Source of the DNA: Chiloscyllium plagiosum
Taxonomy: Eukaryota
Direction of reading: 5' to 3'
NCBI RefSeq assembly: GCF_004010195.1
Contig: NC_057718.1
Span: forward strand, 21,853,066 to 21,917,065
Length of the DNA stretch: 64,000 nt
Below are positions 14,321 through 28,299 of the stretch, piece after piece. The first letter of the stretch is position 1. Each line of letters begins with the position of its first letter. The position numbers and the translations under genes are program-made. Below the pieces are notes generated by a model. That model did not search any database and was not told the origin of the DNA. It saw only the letters and a list, made by a program, of their open reading frames with translations.

Positions 14321-14834
14321 TTGCCTGCAAGGGTCAAGACCAGTGTTCTCATTAATTTTCTTTCTGGTTGTGTGGGCCTCTGAGGTTAGCATGTGGCAAT
14401 GACCCCCAGAGTCAGAAGTCAATGCCATGATTGGTGTACTGCGCCAATTGCCATGCGTGGAACTTGGAGCGGTCGTGTATGTGCACAGCCAAGTAATTTA
14501 CAGGAAGCATTGGTTTAAGACCCGATCCTCATAAGGGGCAAGGAGCTGAATGTCTGGCATCTCATCACTTGTCCTGACTGTCTGCTCCTGCAATGGGACA
14601 GAAGGAAGGACTGAATAAAATGGGAAGTGCATGGCATTGCTGCTCATGCCTGTGCAGGTGGGAGAAAAGGTGGCATCCTGAGTGAACAAATAGGCAGTGC
14701 ATAGGCTTTGCAGGTTTAGTAGCTTAAAAGGAGGTTTTGCACAGGTAAGAACAAACTATTTCCAGCATCCTCAATATTAGTTTTTGTTGTAGTACTGTCT
14801 CAAGCAGTTTTTAAAAACATTCTTCCATGCCAGG

Positions 14835-16280
14835 GTTTGAGAAGGTCACAAGCAAGTTAGTTGAAACTTTATTGCTGGAACAGCACAGCAGGTCAGGCAG
14901 CATCCAGGGAACAGGAGATTCGACGTTTCGGGCACAGGCCCTTCTTCAGGGCCTGTGCCCGAAACGTCGAATCTCCTGTTCCCTGGATGCTGCCTGACCT
15001 GCTGTGCTGTTCCAGCAATAAAGTTTCAACTTTGATCTCCAGCATCTGCAGACCTCACTTTCTCCACAAGCAAGTTAGACCAAGGGGAGCCAATGGAGTT
15101 TATCTATCTGGACTTCGATAAGGTGCTGCACAGGTGGCTGCTGAGTAAGATAAGGGCCGATGGTGTTAGCGGCCAGGTACTAGCATGGATAGAAGATTAA
15201 CTGTCTGGCAGAAGGCAGAGAGTGAGGATAAAAGGGTCCTCCTCAGGATGGAAGATGGTGACAAGTGTTCCACAAGGGTAAGTGTTAGGACAACTTTTCA
15301 CTTTATACACTAATGATTTGGATGAAGGAATTGAGGGCATTCTGGCTAAGTTTGCAGATGATACAGAATAGGTGGATGTGCAGATAGTATTGAGGCAGCA
15401 GGGAGACTGCAGAATGACTTAGACAGCTTAGGAGAGTGGACAAAGAGGTGGCCCTCAGGTGAAATATATGGGTGAGTGCGAGGTGCACTTGGTAGGAAGA
15501 ATAGAAGCATGAACTATTTTCTAAATAGGGAGAAAATTCAGAAATCTGAAGTGCATAGGAACATGGGAGTCCTAGTCCAGGTTTCGTTTAACGTAAAATT
15601 GCAGGTTGAGTACATGGTTAGGAAGGTTAATATAATGTTCTCATTCATCTTGTGAGGACTAGAATATAAAAGCAGGGATGTACTTTGAAGCTCTAAAAGG
15701 CTCTAGTCAGACCACATTTAAGAGTATTGTGAGCAATTTTGGGCCTCATACCGCAGGAAAGATGTACTGGCCCTGGGGCAGGTCCAAAGGAGGTTCACAA
15801 GCATGATCCCAGGAATGAAAGGCTTAACATATGATGAACGTTTGAGAACTCTGGGACAATACTCAATGGAGTTTAGAAGGATGGTGTGGGGTGGGGAGGG
15901 AATATGATTGAAACTTACAGAATACTGAACGGTCTAGACAGAGCGGACGTTGGGAAAATGTTTCCATTGGTAGGAGAGGCGAGGACCCAAGGACACAGCC
16001 TTAGAGTAAAGGGAAGACCTTTTAGAACGGAGAGAAGGAGAAACTTCTTTAGCCAGAGAGTGATGAATCTGTGTAATTCCTCACTACAGAAGGCGGAGGA
16101 GGCCAGGTCATTGAGTATATTTAAGCAGAGCTATAACTCCTTGAATGCCAAGGGGATCAAAGGTTACAGGGAAAAAGCAGGAAAATGGGATTGATAAATT
16201 TATCAGGCATGACTGAATGGTGGAGCAGTCTTGATGGGCCGAAAGGTCTAATTTCTGCTCCTATGTCTTATGGTCTTATA
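14835..16280 (+). mobile_element. CR1 LINE fragment interrupted by a PLE palindrome
   Basis: FEKVTSKLD[insertion]QGEPMEFIYLDF, KFADDT, and tail cctatgtcttatggtcttat. Confidence 0.85.
14861..15064. mobile_element. Short PLE family A insertion: perfect 84-bp inverted repeat plus tail, 14-bp TSD
   Basis: Arms 14859-14942 and 14948-15031, spacer TCTTC. TSD CACAAGCAAGTTAG at 14847-14860 and 15065-15078. Confidence 0.9.
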
Positions 16281-16539
16281 ACTTAAAATCCTAATATTAC
16301 TATGCTAATAGTAATTTACTAACTGCAAAATCGCTGGATTGAAACAACAGCTGACAAAAATGAGGAAATTCTAACTCATTAGTCTTGCTCTCCATTGTTG
16401 AGAGTTGTGATTGCCTTTGTCTGCAGCAGTACATCATTCTTACATTTCACACAATAAAATGTGAAGACTGCAAGTGACAAAAGTAGGCAGAAATCAACAA
16501 GATATACAAACTAGTGCAAAGATATTTAGGGGCAGCTTT

Positions 16540-16910
16540 ACACCATCCAAGACAAAGCAGCCTGTTTGACTTGCACCACATCCACAACCATTCTGACCCT
16601 CCACCACTGATGGTCAGTCACAGCAGTGTGCACTATCTACAAGATACATTACAGAAGTTCAATGTTTCTTAGACAACACCTTTCAAACCCACAACCACAA
16701 CATTTTGAAGGACAAAGCCAGTAGATCCATGGGAACAGCACACCCTGCAAGTTCCCCTCCAAGCCACTTACCGTCTTGACTTGGATATACATCATTATCA
16801 CTCGATTAAAATCCTGGAACTCCCTCCTTAACAGTATATGGACTGCAGCAGTTAGGGTTATGCAATAAGTGCTGATCTAGCCAGCAATGCTCATAGCCCG
16901 TGAATGATTG
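16540..16910 (+). mobile_element. 3' part of an old LINE
   Basis: caccatcca.gacaaagcagcc...aagttcccctccaagccact...aaaatcctggaactccct...ctagccagc tail. Confidence 0.55.
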
Positions 16911-19164
16911 AAGATTTGTTAGTCTACCCTCAGCTTTCGTGGCACCACAAAAATTAAACATGATTCATCAAATCAAGCAGGGTTACGTGCCCCTGTTCAA
17001 TTGAGGGATGCCTGTAAAGCTTAATGTGCAAAAGCTTCTTCTCTTCTATGTTTGTTCTCTTCACAGATTACAAGAAAGTGACAACAAGAAGTAAAATTAG
17101 GCAATGAGGAGAAATGGACATCATAAAAGCAAAATATCAAGGGAACAATTTAAACCAAATCTATATGGCAGATACTGAATGAGAGAACAGTAAAATATAT
17201 ATTCAGGATTTTACCTTGCTTGACTGAAATAGCAAGGACACCCATTTAACACTGGTGAGTGACTTTCTATACATGCATGTCAATCCTGACTGAAATTGAC
17301 CCGAGCATAAACCTTCTATAGTGTTCTGTGTAGTAGCAGGAAGAGAAGCCAGAACAAGAAAGGCTTAAACAGGTATATTTTATTTTACCATTCCTTGTGT
17401 GGCTGGATACATGTCCAACAAGGAAAACTTAGATCATAGACTCTTAACCCACACTCCCCAGCCCCACCCAAATCCCCAGAAGGGAAGCACCCACAATTTA
17501 GTCCCATTGTCAATTATACTGACCTGGTGTCAGCAAATGATTCCTGGGTTCTAAGACTTTTTACTTTTTCCCCAGCTGGATTAAAAGGTCTGAGAAATTA
17601 AAATAGACGATCCTCATTTATGGAGTGAAGGGGGTGGGTGTTCCCCAAATCATCTAGTCATCCACCAACTCAAAACTCTCAATAATATTGTAGAAATAAA
17701 AATTAAATTTGGTGTTCTCAGTTAACATACATCAACAGGGAACATTGGTTCCTCTGGATGTTATGGAACACCTGGAAAATCATCAGTTTTATTGGAAACT
17801 GGTGTTTTGTGGTATATGTTCTGTAATTTTATCCATTTCACAAAACACTGACACAAATCATGGAATCCTCTGCAATTAAAATGAGGTTTAGTGTACTCAG
17901 TGTTTGATAAAAAAAAATTAAGTAGAAAAATTGAAGAATGGAGTATAAAAGATGAAACAAAAAGTGCCACAAAACAAAATCCTATTTCACATATTTTACA
18001 AAACTTAGGGAAGACAAAGTACAAAATAATTTGGATACTTCCCATTACTATAAAGTTAAAAAACTTCTCAAAACAAAATCCTATCAACAGATGGAATATA
18101 TATACTAGAGATCACTGACAGTTCAAAACTGTTTAACAGATAAAATGCTTACTTTTATTGCTCCAGTTGACAAGTTGCTGTCACTACATTTCATGGAGAT
18201 ATTCATAGTAAATCAACACCGTTCTGTATACAGTTCTGATACTAAAGCAAAGCTAAAGTGTCTATATAATACACACACACACACACACACCTGCCATAAA
18301 ATAAAGCATAGCTGGAGGCACATTTCTTGTTTTGAATGCATTAAATGTTTAGAAATTTGTTTATATACTCTATTTGCTTTATTCGAATACATTTTAGTTT
18401 TTTAAAAAAAATCTTCTCTTCTTACACAAGGTTCTGTTGACTCCTGACTTCAACCCGCTCAGAGCGGAATCCCATGTACGCTGCTTAAAGACACTACATA
18501 ATACACCGGGCCCCCTTGAGACGGTGGGTGGTCGGAGGTCAAGGCTCTAGAGGTGTATAATAACACCTCTGAACAAGTTGATGAGAAAATAAGTAATTTG
18601 TTTGGGAGTGAAAGATGGGTAGAGAGTAGGAAGGTGTCTCCCTCTGTCCTACCATTGAATTTAGTGAAAAGTCAAGGAAGGGGACACACCTACTTTAGAC
18701 CGTACACTATCTGCATTGGGTGCACTCACTACCCCACCACCACCCCTTGTGTATTCCTACCTGGCCAAACCCTCCACGGCCAAAATACCGAAGGTTTACT
18801 TGGATCCGGTGGCTATCTTCAGAATTTGTGGGATTCCAGACAGTACCAGCAGTGTCCATGTCTGAGTTCTGGCACTGTTAGTGCTGTCTAGATTGATTAA
18901 TGGCTCGAGGATGGAAATCCTGGTGTCCATTAAGAACACCTGCAATATCACTGCAGGGAGGCCTTTTTTAAATCATGTAGGGATGGACAGGGGTGAGCAA
19001 TATTCCCCCAGCCCCTTGAAAATTCACTCATGATCTTGAATACAATTTGGGAAAACAAAAACTAGGAACAAGCACTCCTTCTGCTCAATGTTCTGGCTTT
19101 CGTGAGGCTGAACGTAAACATGGAAACCAATGTCCTCAATGAAGCAGTGTTCAGCTTTCTGAAG

Positions 19165-19368
19165 TTAAAAATCATACAAACATCAGGTTATAGTCCAACA
19201 GGTTTATTTGGAATCACTAGTTTTCAGAGCACTGCTCCTTGTCAACCACCTGATGAAAGAGCAGCGCTCTGAAAGCTATGCTTCCAAATAAACCTGTTGG
19301 ACTATAACCTGGTGTTGTGTGATTTTTAACTTCGTACACCCCAGGCCAACACCAGCACGTCCAAATCA
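19165..19368. mobile_element. Short PLE family B insertion: inverted terminal repeat (pLTR) pair plus tail, 13-bp TSD
   Basis: Imperfect inverted repeat ~19163-19240 / ~19256-19332. TSD CAGCTTTCTGAAG at 19152-19164 and 19369-19381. Confidence 0.85.
19247..19281 (+). ncRNA. Minimal type I hammerhead ribozyme motif (PLE family B)
   Basis: cac CTGATGA a AGAGC-agc-GCTCT GAAA GCTA: conserved core boxes, perfect stem II, palindromic AGCT in place of stem III. Confidence 0.7.
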
Positions 19369-19829
19369 CAGCTTTCTGAAGGGTGCTAGCAGCCCTCTCC
19401 ACAGCTGCCAGGCCAACATACAACCTTAACTAAAACATATTGCAGGTCAGGCCACAGAGGAACCTTATACACTTGGTACACCTCCATCACAAGTACTGAT
19501 ACATATTTTACTTGGATTAGTGCACAGAGTGGCTCCAACTCCCTAACTAGGTCAGACTTCATGACACAATTTAGATACAAAAATATTGTCCAAATATGAC
19601 AAGTTCCACCATGCCAGGATGTTTTCTATATTAATCTGCTTACTATCATTCACGACTGGACTCATACTTAAATGAATCAGGGAGACATTCAAAAAGGGCT
19701 CCTGGTACTTGTAGAAGTATATCCCAGGAAGACTCATCAACTTCAGAAGGGGACAGGTAAGAAAGAATGTTTCTGCTACTGAATTTAAAACTGCAATCAT
19801 ATATTTTAATGGAACTTAACTAGACGTGT

Positions 19830-19973
19830 CGAGAAGCATGGCACTGGAAAAGCACTGCAGGTCAGGCAGCATCCAAGGGGAAGGAAAATCAACATTTTGG
19901 GCATAAGCCCTTCATCTGGCTTGCCACACTTTTCAGCTCTGATCTCCAGCATCTGCAGTACTCACTTTCTCCT
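19830..19973. mobile_element. Short PLE family A inverted insertion (degenerate)
   Basis: ctggaaaagcac..caggtcaggcagcatcc...gcccttcatc followed by the tail gatctccagcatctgcag.actcactttctcc. Confidence 0.7.
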
Positions 19974-20261
19974 AAAACTAGATATGTGCTTGATAACTGA
20001 TGCAGACACGATCTGCCAAAGAGCTTCCTTCTGTACTATGACGTTCTGAATCTATATGTACCTTCTCATTCCTTTGATAAACCTGGTCATCATGAGGAGG
20101 CATGATCTGCCTATTGTTCTCTGCAGTACACCTAGCAGAGTTCAGATTGCTGACAAGAGAATAGTCAATGTCACGAAGTGCGGGTCTACCTTCAAAGTTT
20201 TACAGCTTAAAAAACAATTGTCTGGCACACGTCAGCATCCTTTGCACAAATAAGCTATATT

Positions 20262-20615
20262 GAAGGAGCAAATTACTGCAGATGAGAATGGCAGAACAAT
20301 GGTGTGTCTTACTGCCAGACTGAGAAGAACAGACTGTCAAGAACAGACTGTCCCATTGGAGTGGGTTTTCCCAGTCTGGCAGTTAGACACCATTGTTCTG
20401 CCATTCTCACATTCCAATCACTTCATCTGAACTATCAACATCATTTCTCCCCTAGAACTCCAACCCGCACATCCCTCCAGAATTATTGCATAAGTGCTGC
20501 CTCAACAATTTATTTCAGCTCTGAAGAGTCATCTGGACTCTAAACATTAGCTTGCTTTCTCTCCATGGATGCTGTCTGACCTGCTATGATCTCCAGCAAT
20601 TTTTTGTTTTCAGTA
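20262..20615. mobile_element. PLE family D remnant with internal inversion
   Basis: Inverted repeat ~20287-20320 / ~20372-20405, degenerate hammerhead at ~20519-20550, and a gatgctg.ctgacctgct tail. Confidence 0.55.
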
Positions 20616-23600
20616 AAATTTATTTCATATATTTAAGTCACTTAGTTAAGGAAGGGAATTGTGTTAGATGAGGCCACAGCAGTTGGAAATGGCAGCGGGC
20701 TAGGGATCTCTTTTATAAAATAATAATCATAGGAACACATTAACTAGTAAGCCACTTACCACTTGAGCCTGGTCTGCAATTCAATATTATTTCTGATCTG
20801 GTCATTCCGCATTTCTACTTAGCTACATTAACTTTAGATTCTGGAGAAGCAAGATAATTTACCTCTGCTTTCAATTCATTCTCGAACTCCATTTCCACCA
20901 CCTTTTCAGGAACAATGCTTCAAATACTTATGACCCTCTGAGGGGAAAAAACATCCTCAGCTGTCTTAAACGCCTTAACTCTTATTTGAAGGGATGACCC
21001 CAGATCTAATTTCTTTCAGAAGAATGTAATATAAAGTGCACAATCTTTATGTATGTATTATATTATATACATTTAAAATAATTGATTTTGGATTTTAAAC
21101 CCATTTATTACAGGTTTTCAGTATCTGAAAAGGTTTAACTTGTAGGTCTTCTCTAGCCATAGCAAGTTCTGTCTTTTCGGGAATTTGTTCACTGGAGAGA
21201 GTTTATGTGTGAATAATAAACAATATAGTGTATTAGACTTTCAGCTAAAAGATTCTAGAAATTTTGGGGGTTTGGGGGGAATGTCCACAGCTTGAAAATG
21301 GCTTTAAGGTTTCAGTTGAAGGAGAACTTGCAAAAGCCTTGACTATAGCAGGAAGTGTAAAACAGATACTCCTCTGATAGAAAGATGGTGCAAGCTTGGT
21401 AAGAAAGAGCTTACCTCAATGTATGGCATTTCGTTGAAAACCCTGGGGAGGTTATTTGAAACTGAGAAAATCTAAGCTGATGTGCATGAAGGCTCCGCGA
21501 AGAGACCATCAGATTCTCAAGATGGGAAATTTAAGCCACAGTTAAATTAAGCTAAACAGATGTGAAAAATATTAGTATACTGCAAAGGAAGGTTTTGGTA
21601 ATCAACGAGGTACTTTACAATGTGTTTCAAAATCTTGATTGTTTAGTTTATATTAATTTATCTTCATTTTGTTAACATAATGTGATTAAACTGTGAGAAT
21701 TATATATGTATTTTAACATCTTTTACTGCAGGTTTAGGTTCTTGCAATTTCAAGTTTATATGGGTGTTTGGAGTTAACAATTTTTAAAAACAATACCATA
21801 ATTCCAAGTGAGAGGAAATTACCCAGTGTTCTCAGGAACTACCCAGAGGACTTGAGGAAGAATGGTCCAGACTCTGATTTTCAGTTGCAGTGTGTGCTGG
21901 GGAATCATTTGAGAGAGAAGGATGTTTCAAGCTTGATAGAGTTATAGGTGTTAAGCAGCATTCCTAAGAAAGGGAGATTAAGGTAATGAAATTATTTGAG
22001 AATAATGTATTAATCTCAGATTTAAGTGTTAGGATATAGTCAATGGAAAATAAATCAAGTTTTTGAGGTTTATAAATAAGGAATTGAAGCTGCATCAGGA
22101 ATGGTATAACACTGGAAAAGAAAAGTTAAGTCATGAGCATAAAAAAAGGGTCATCTACAGTTTCAGATGAGTTGAAATTTTAATTACTTCAAGACATTTT
22201 TTAAAAACTGTTTCAAAATTGAGCTAAATTGGGTCTTGCTCAAGGTACTTAGCAAGCGTTTGATGTTCTTCGAATTGTTATTTTTTTTGTACCATGGTGT
22301 ACCAATTCCAATGCAAAGCTATTACTGTTCAAACTATGTAAAGTGCTTGGCTTATTTCCACTATGCATTTAAAAATCTTTGGATATTTTCCCCCTTGTTC
22401 ATCTTCATTTCTGTTGTTTTAATATTAAAACAAAATTTATTAACCAAAACTGCAACAATGCATACTTATACTTTAGTAAAATATGGCTTTGGTAACAAGA
22501 GTCCTGACAGATTTCTGTTGGAGATCTAACTGGTCCAGAATAAACATCAACTGGGCATTACCCCATAAAAATTAGGACCACTAGATCCTGACAGTAATAA
22601 ATTTCTGTTTTGTTGTTAAACCTGAATCTGCAGTATAGCACATCTGTGCTTCATGAAAGATCATTTTGTTGAAACTAAAAATAAAATATGATCTATCATG
22701 CAAGGTTTCAGTCTTTGATCGGACTTATTCAGTAATGGCATCAACTAGGATTATAAAAGGAAACACTTTCCACAGGCACCCTGTCAAGACTCCTCAGAAT
22801 CTTGTGTCAATCAAGTAACTTTAAACTCTTCTAAACTCTAGTAGATACAAGCCCAGTATTTTCCAATCTTTCCACATGAAACAACCTGACCATTCCAAGT
22901 GGTAATCCAGAAATTCTTCTCTGAACTACATACAAAGCATTTAAATCCTTCCTTATGCAAGGCAGATATTGTGAATATTCCAGATATGGTCTTATCATTA
23001 GCTTACATAATTGTAGCTTTAAGTCCCTACTTTTCTTTATTCAATTCACCTTGCAATAAAAAAAATTATATTCTTTGAGTTTTCCCAACTACTGGGTATT
23101 CCTGCATTCTAACATTTGAAACTCGTGCACTGAGATAAACACATATCAGAGCTCTGCAATCTCTCAACACTTTGATAATATACTTCTATTTTATAATTTT
23201 TCCTGCTGAAATACGCAAGTCCACATTTTCATAGATTTTACTCTAATTGTCAGATCATTGTCCAATCACTTAAATCTTTCTAGATCCATTTGTAGCCCCT
23301 TTATGTCCGAGTTACAATATATTTTTCTACCTGTTCTTGTGTCCCTTTGGCATATCACCTGATCAAATGCCTTCTGGACATCTAAGTGACATATTTGCCA
23401 GTTTCCCATTACCCACAGTATATTTTATTTCCTCAAAAGAACTCCAAGAACTTTGATAAATGGAATTTCAACTTCACAAAACCATGTTGATGCCACATGA
23501 TTACCTTGCATATTTCTAACTACCTGGCTGAAATATCATGAATAATTTCTAACCCTTTCCCTATAAGAGATGTTACGCTAACTGACTTATAGATTTCTAT

Positions 23601-23669
23601 TTTCTTTTTACTATGTTGGGAAAAGGAGTTATATTCACTGTTTTTGAACCAAGTAGAACCTTCTCAGAA

Positions 23670-24320
23670 AGGATGTACTGGCTTTGGAGCATGTTCAGAG
23701 GAGGTTCACAAAAATGGTCCCAGGAATAAAAGGCTTATCATATGAGGAACGTTGGAGGACTCTGGGTTTATAATCGATGGAATTTAGAAGTTTGAGGGGG
23801 ATCTAACTGAAACGTACAGAATACAGAATGACCTGGACAGAATGGATGTTGGGAAGATGTTTCCATTTGTAGGAGAGATTTCAACCCAAGGGCACAGCCT
23901 TAGAGTAATGGGAAGACACCTTTTAGAACAGAGATAAGGAGAAACTTAGTCAGCCAGAGAGTGGTGAATCTAAGGAAATCATTGCCACAGAAGGCTGTGG
24001 GGGCCAGGTCATTGAGTGTATTTATGAATGAGATAGATAGATTCCTGAAGAAGGGCTTATGCCCAAAACGTCGATTCTCCTGTTCCCTGGATGCTGCCTG
24101 ACCTGCTGCGCTTTTCCAGCAACACACTTCCAGCTCTGATCTCCAGCATCTGCAGACCTCACTTTCTCCTCACAGATTCTTGAGTATCAAGGGGATCAAG
24201 GGTTACAGGGAGAAAGTGGGAGAATGGAGTTGAGAAACTTAATCAGCCATGATTGAATGGCAGAGCAGACTTGATGGGCTAAATGGCCTAATTTCTGCTC
24301 CTATGTCTTATGGTCTTATC
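23670..24320 (+). mobile_element. CR1 3' fragment (same subfamily as 15760-16280) with a nested PLE pLTR at 24041-24170
   Basis: Direct similarity to 15760-16280. The insert begins attcCTGAAGAagggcttatgccc and is flanked by agattc on both sides. Confidence 0.85.
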
Positions 24321-25249
24321 TAGAGGGATATGATTGCCTCCTGGTACAAAATAGAGGTAACCTTTCCCTGATATATTGTCTCCAGCTCAATAACTCTGAA
24401 CTGAAGCTCCACAAGTTGCAAGTACTTGTTTCCCTCGGATTAGGATTATACCTACAGCATCCAGCCACACCCCTATGCTGCAGGTTTGACATCACCTGTC
24501 CTGACAATCTTGATGTCTTTTAATCAACCACTTAATTGTTTAATTCAGTTCTTTATTTTATTTTTATTGGAAATTTTGTTACCCTTACCACTGCATCCTA
24601 TTCTATGAAGCCTGGAGAATAGAATAAACTTTACCACAAAACCAGATTCTCAGTAAATTTCCATTTCTTCCCCTGTAGAATGTTTGAGAGTTAGAAAAAG
24701 CAAAGGAACACCTCTCTTCCTTTATTTCCTCACTTGCCAACTCCTTACACCATTCAAAGTCACACTCAATGCTGACTTGCACTGAAATGTTTTTATATGC
24801 TGTGAAACAAATGATCTAGCTCAGCTGCAGGAACAGAAAAAGAAGATAGTTTAAGCTAGTTTCTTGAATTAACTTACTACAACTGCACATCAGTTGAGAG
24901 TTTGATCATTCTTGGATGAAACTTAGAATCTTGAACTAAATTAAACTTTGAACACTCTTCAAAGTTTCACTCAGACATTATACTTTAAAGACTACTCAAT
25001 TAAAGCAAATGATTCAATATTTCATACTTTGGCTGTTGGGTTGACAAGCAGCTGACATGCAATAAGTACAAGTTTGGCTTTCAAACTTTGCATTATTCTT
25101 TCAGGTATTTTGCTGTCTTTCTTAATTGTACATTAACTGAATGTTATTTGTATTTAGGTGGCAGTCATTAACTGGGTTTGTTTATTTGTGCTCCTGTACA
25201 TTTATGGATACACTTAAACTGTGTCAGTGTGTTTGGAGGCACACAACTC

Positions 25250-26605
25250 TTTCTCCAATACATCAATAATGTAAACAGAGGTATTTCCTGCTTTTGTCCA
25301 GAATTGGAAACATTTATCAGTTTTGCTTCCAGTTTCCATCATTCTCCCACTTTCACCTGGTCAATCTCTGAGTTTTCCCTTTCTCTCCTTGACGTAGTCT
25401 CCAGAAACGGAAACTGTTATCCACAAATAGCTACGATAAACCCATCGGCCTCAAAAATTACTTTGACTATGCTTCTCACCCTAATTCCTGAAAAAATTCC
25501 ATCCCAATCTATTCTACAAGTTTCTCCATCTTTTTCTTCTGTTCCAATGTCAACCAGGCTGCCAATGTCTTCCTTTATTCTCAGCCAATGACAGGGTCCT
25601 CAACTGAGTCCCACCAATCTCCCACAATTCTGCCATCATCCCTTCACTTCCTTCCAAGGAAAGTTTCCCCTTGTCCTCTATTTCAAGCTTGCGACTATCT
25701 GCATTCATGCTCTCCCATTTCCACCAAGTCCATCAAGGATATCACCACCAAACATGCTCCCCTCTACTGTCAGTATTCCATAAGGACTGTTCCCCTACAA
25801 CATCTCCATTCCTTTATCACTCCATCACCTCTCTCTCTATACCACCTTCCCATGCAATTGCCAAAGGTGTAATACTTTTCCATTTATCTTCTTCCTCCTC
25901 ACCTGTCCAAGGTGCCAAACACACCTTCTAGGTAAAGCAGCAACTGACTTGCACTTCTTTCAATCTAATCCACTTCAATTGTTGTGCAAAATAAGGTTTT
26001 CTTTACATGGACAAGACCAATGTAGACTAGGTGATCATTTTGTGGAACCCCTTCAAAGGAATAACCCAGACTGGCTGCTCACCAATTCAATAAACTCTCT
26101 TATTTCCATACTAACATTTCTATCCTAGGCCTGTTAGTGTTCCAATGAAGCTCAATGCAGGCTGAAGGAACAGCACCTCCCTTGCCACTTAAAGCCTTTA
26201 GATTTCAACATTGAGTTTCACAGCTTCAGAGTAGGATGTCTGTCCTCCATTTTTCTTACTTCCCCCAAACATCCACCAGCTGTGACTTTGCTCTGAGCAA
26301 TGCTGACCCATTTCCTCTTTTTCAAACTTTCATTTGCCATCTTAACATCTCCATTCCTCCTTTTACCACCATTAGAACTGGCTTTGGCATTTTTGCTTTG
26401 AGCCATCTGTTCCACTTGCACCTCTTTCCACTTTGTCAACAGCATAAAACCCATTAATTTTTTTTAAAGTCCCTTTCAGTTTTGAACAAGACTCATATCA
26501 GACTTGAAATCTTAACTGTTTCTCTCCACAGATGTTGCTAGACCCGCTGAGTTTCTCCAGCACTTTTATTTTCAGTTTTCCAGCATCCACAATATTTTGT
26601 TTTTA
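25250..26605 (+). mobile_element. Old degenerate Penelope-like element
   Basis: ELETFISFASSFHHSPTFTWSIS (PLE RT-like), degenerate GIY-YIG region, and a pLTR-like end at ~26480-26600. Confidence 0.65.
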
Positions 26606-28299
26606 TTGGGAGGGACAGGTTATGTCACTTTAAATGAATGCGTGTGAAGCTTTAGTACTACCCTTTCCTATCTAGCTATCTTGAATGTAATAGTATTGGC
26701 CAACAAAAATTGTGCCCTTAAATAGCAAGTTGTCTTATCCTTTCACATCTACAAACAGCACCACCTGTACTTCACCAGATGTTAAGCAGATGGCTGACTG
26801 TTGAACAACTGGTGTTATAACTCACTTTGATCCTTTTCATACCTCCACAATTGTTAATTTTACTTCATTTTTCTTAATGATATTTTAATCTCCTTTTCTC
26901 CTACAACCTGGGTAATCATTTCCAACAAGTTAAAATGCTCCCCCCCCCCCCCACTCCCGAAAGATATGCATGTTTCTAACCCTTTAGATTTCACACGGAG
27001 TGGAACACAATTTTCAGAATTTATTAACAAAAGAAGGAAAATGCCATAAATAATTGCAATAAAGTAACTGGCAACTTCTGGTCACCTTGTACTGGCTTCC
27101 AGTTATTCTTGTTTAGACCACTTTGATTAATAAATTTAGGTTAAGACTTTAAAAGGGTCAGTAAATGTGCTAAGCATGAGTAATGGTCATCTGCTACAGC
27201 TACTAATATCAGTGTGCTAAGTTTATCCTACAGTTAATCATCCAATTCTATAGATACTTGGAAATGCTACTGCATACCAATACAACAATACAGTAAGTAC
27301 CACTCTATGTGATATCACAGTCTAATGGCATTGCATTTGGCAAGTGGTGTTCTTAGCACTGCTCTGAAGTGTATTTATTTCAGATTCAAGGTCAAAACCT
27401 GTGTCATAGTTCCATGATGAGAACCTCAGGATGTCAAAGTTCAAAAATAATTTGCAGAGCAAATTTTCAATTTAAGTGTAATCAATATGCATATCTACAT
27501 GCAAACTTAGTTACAGTGAGAGCTAAGAAATAAAAGACAGACTTTATAACAGAAAATGGCTGTGATTCTTGATGTGCTTTTGATAGTGAAAACATTTATT
27601 ATTCTGATTCAGAACTCTTGCAAAGTCAACACATCACTCAGCAACTGAAAAATAAATTCTAAACAGGACAGTAAATTAAAATACACACACAAATTCTTCA
27701 AAACAACAGTGAGTCAAAAAGTATTAATTTCACTAGTTTAAATGTAAGATTCTGGCTCCAGCTTTGCATCCCTGTCACCAGCCTCAGCTTCATCTGACAC
27801 CTGAGACAGCTCATCTGACACCCAGAACTTTCTCCAACTTAATATAAGACCAAATTCAACCTGTTCAATATCTGAAGTTTCCCTCTACTCTTCCAGTTAC
27901 CTTAACCATTGCTTGCAAATACAACAAAGGCACTCAGTCTTGGTGTCCAGCTCAACCCCGAACCGAACTTTAAATCCCATGTCATTTTTGTTACTATTGC
28001 CAACTATTTCTCTGCAACCTCACTCACCTCTGATGTTACCTCAACCCATCACAATTTTCATCCCTGCCTTAGTTATTTCCAAATAGGTCTCCATTTGATC
28101 AGGGACACTCAGATTTCACAGATTAGCCATGACATCAATGAACACTGGATTAGGCTGGAGCAGGATGAATGGCCTATTCTTGTTCTTGTTCCAGACTGCA
28201 CAAATTGCAATTTGACCAACTTTCCTCAGCTTTTAATCCTGTCCCAAATCAAGTCAGTTTCTTCCTCTTCACATCATATCCTTCTCGTCTCAAAAACAA

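Noticed and set aside
14859..15031. Hairpin as a miRNA gene or DNA-transposon MITE
   Set aside because: The arms are PLE pLTR sequence found attached to GIY-YIG remnants elsewhere, and the asymmetric tail and 14-bp TSD fit retrotransposition.
21020..22760. Possible old LTR-like insert within a decayed CR1
   Set aside because: No clear termini or TSD could be established.
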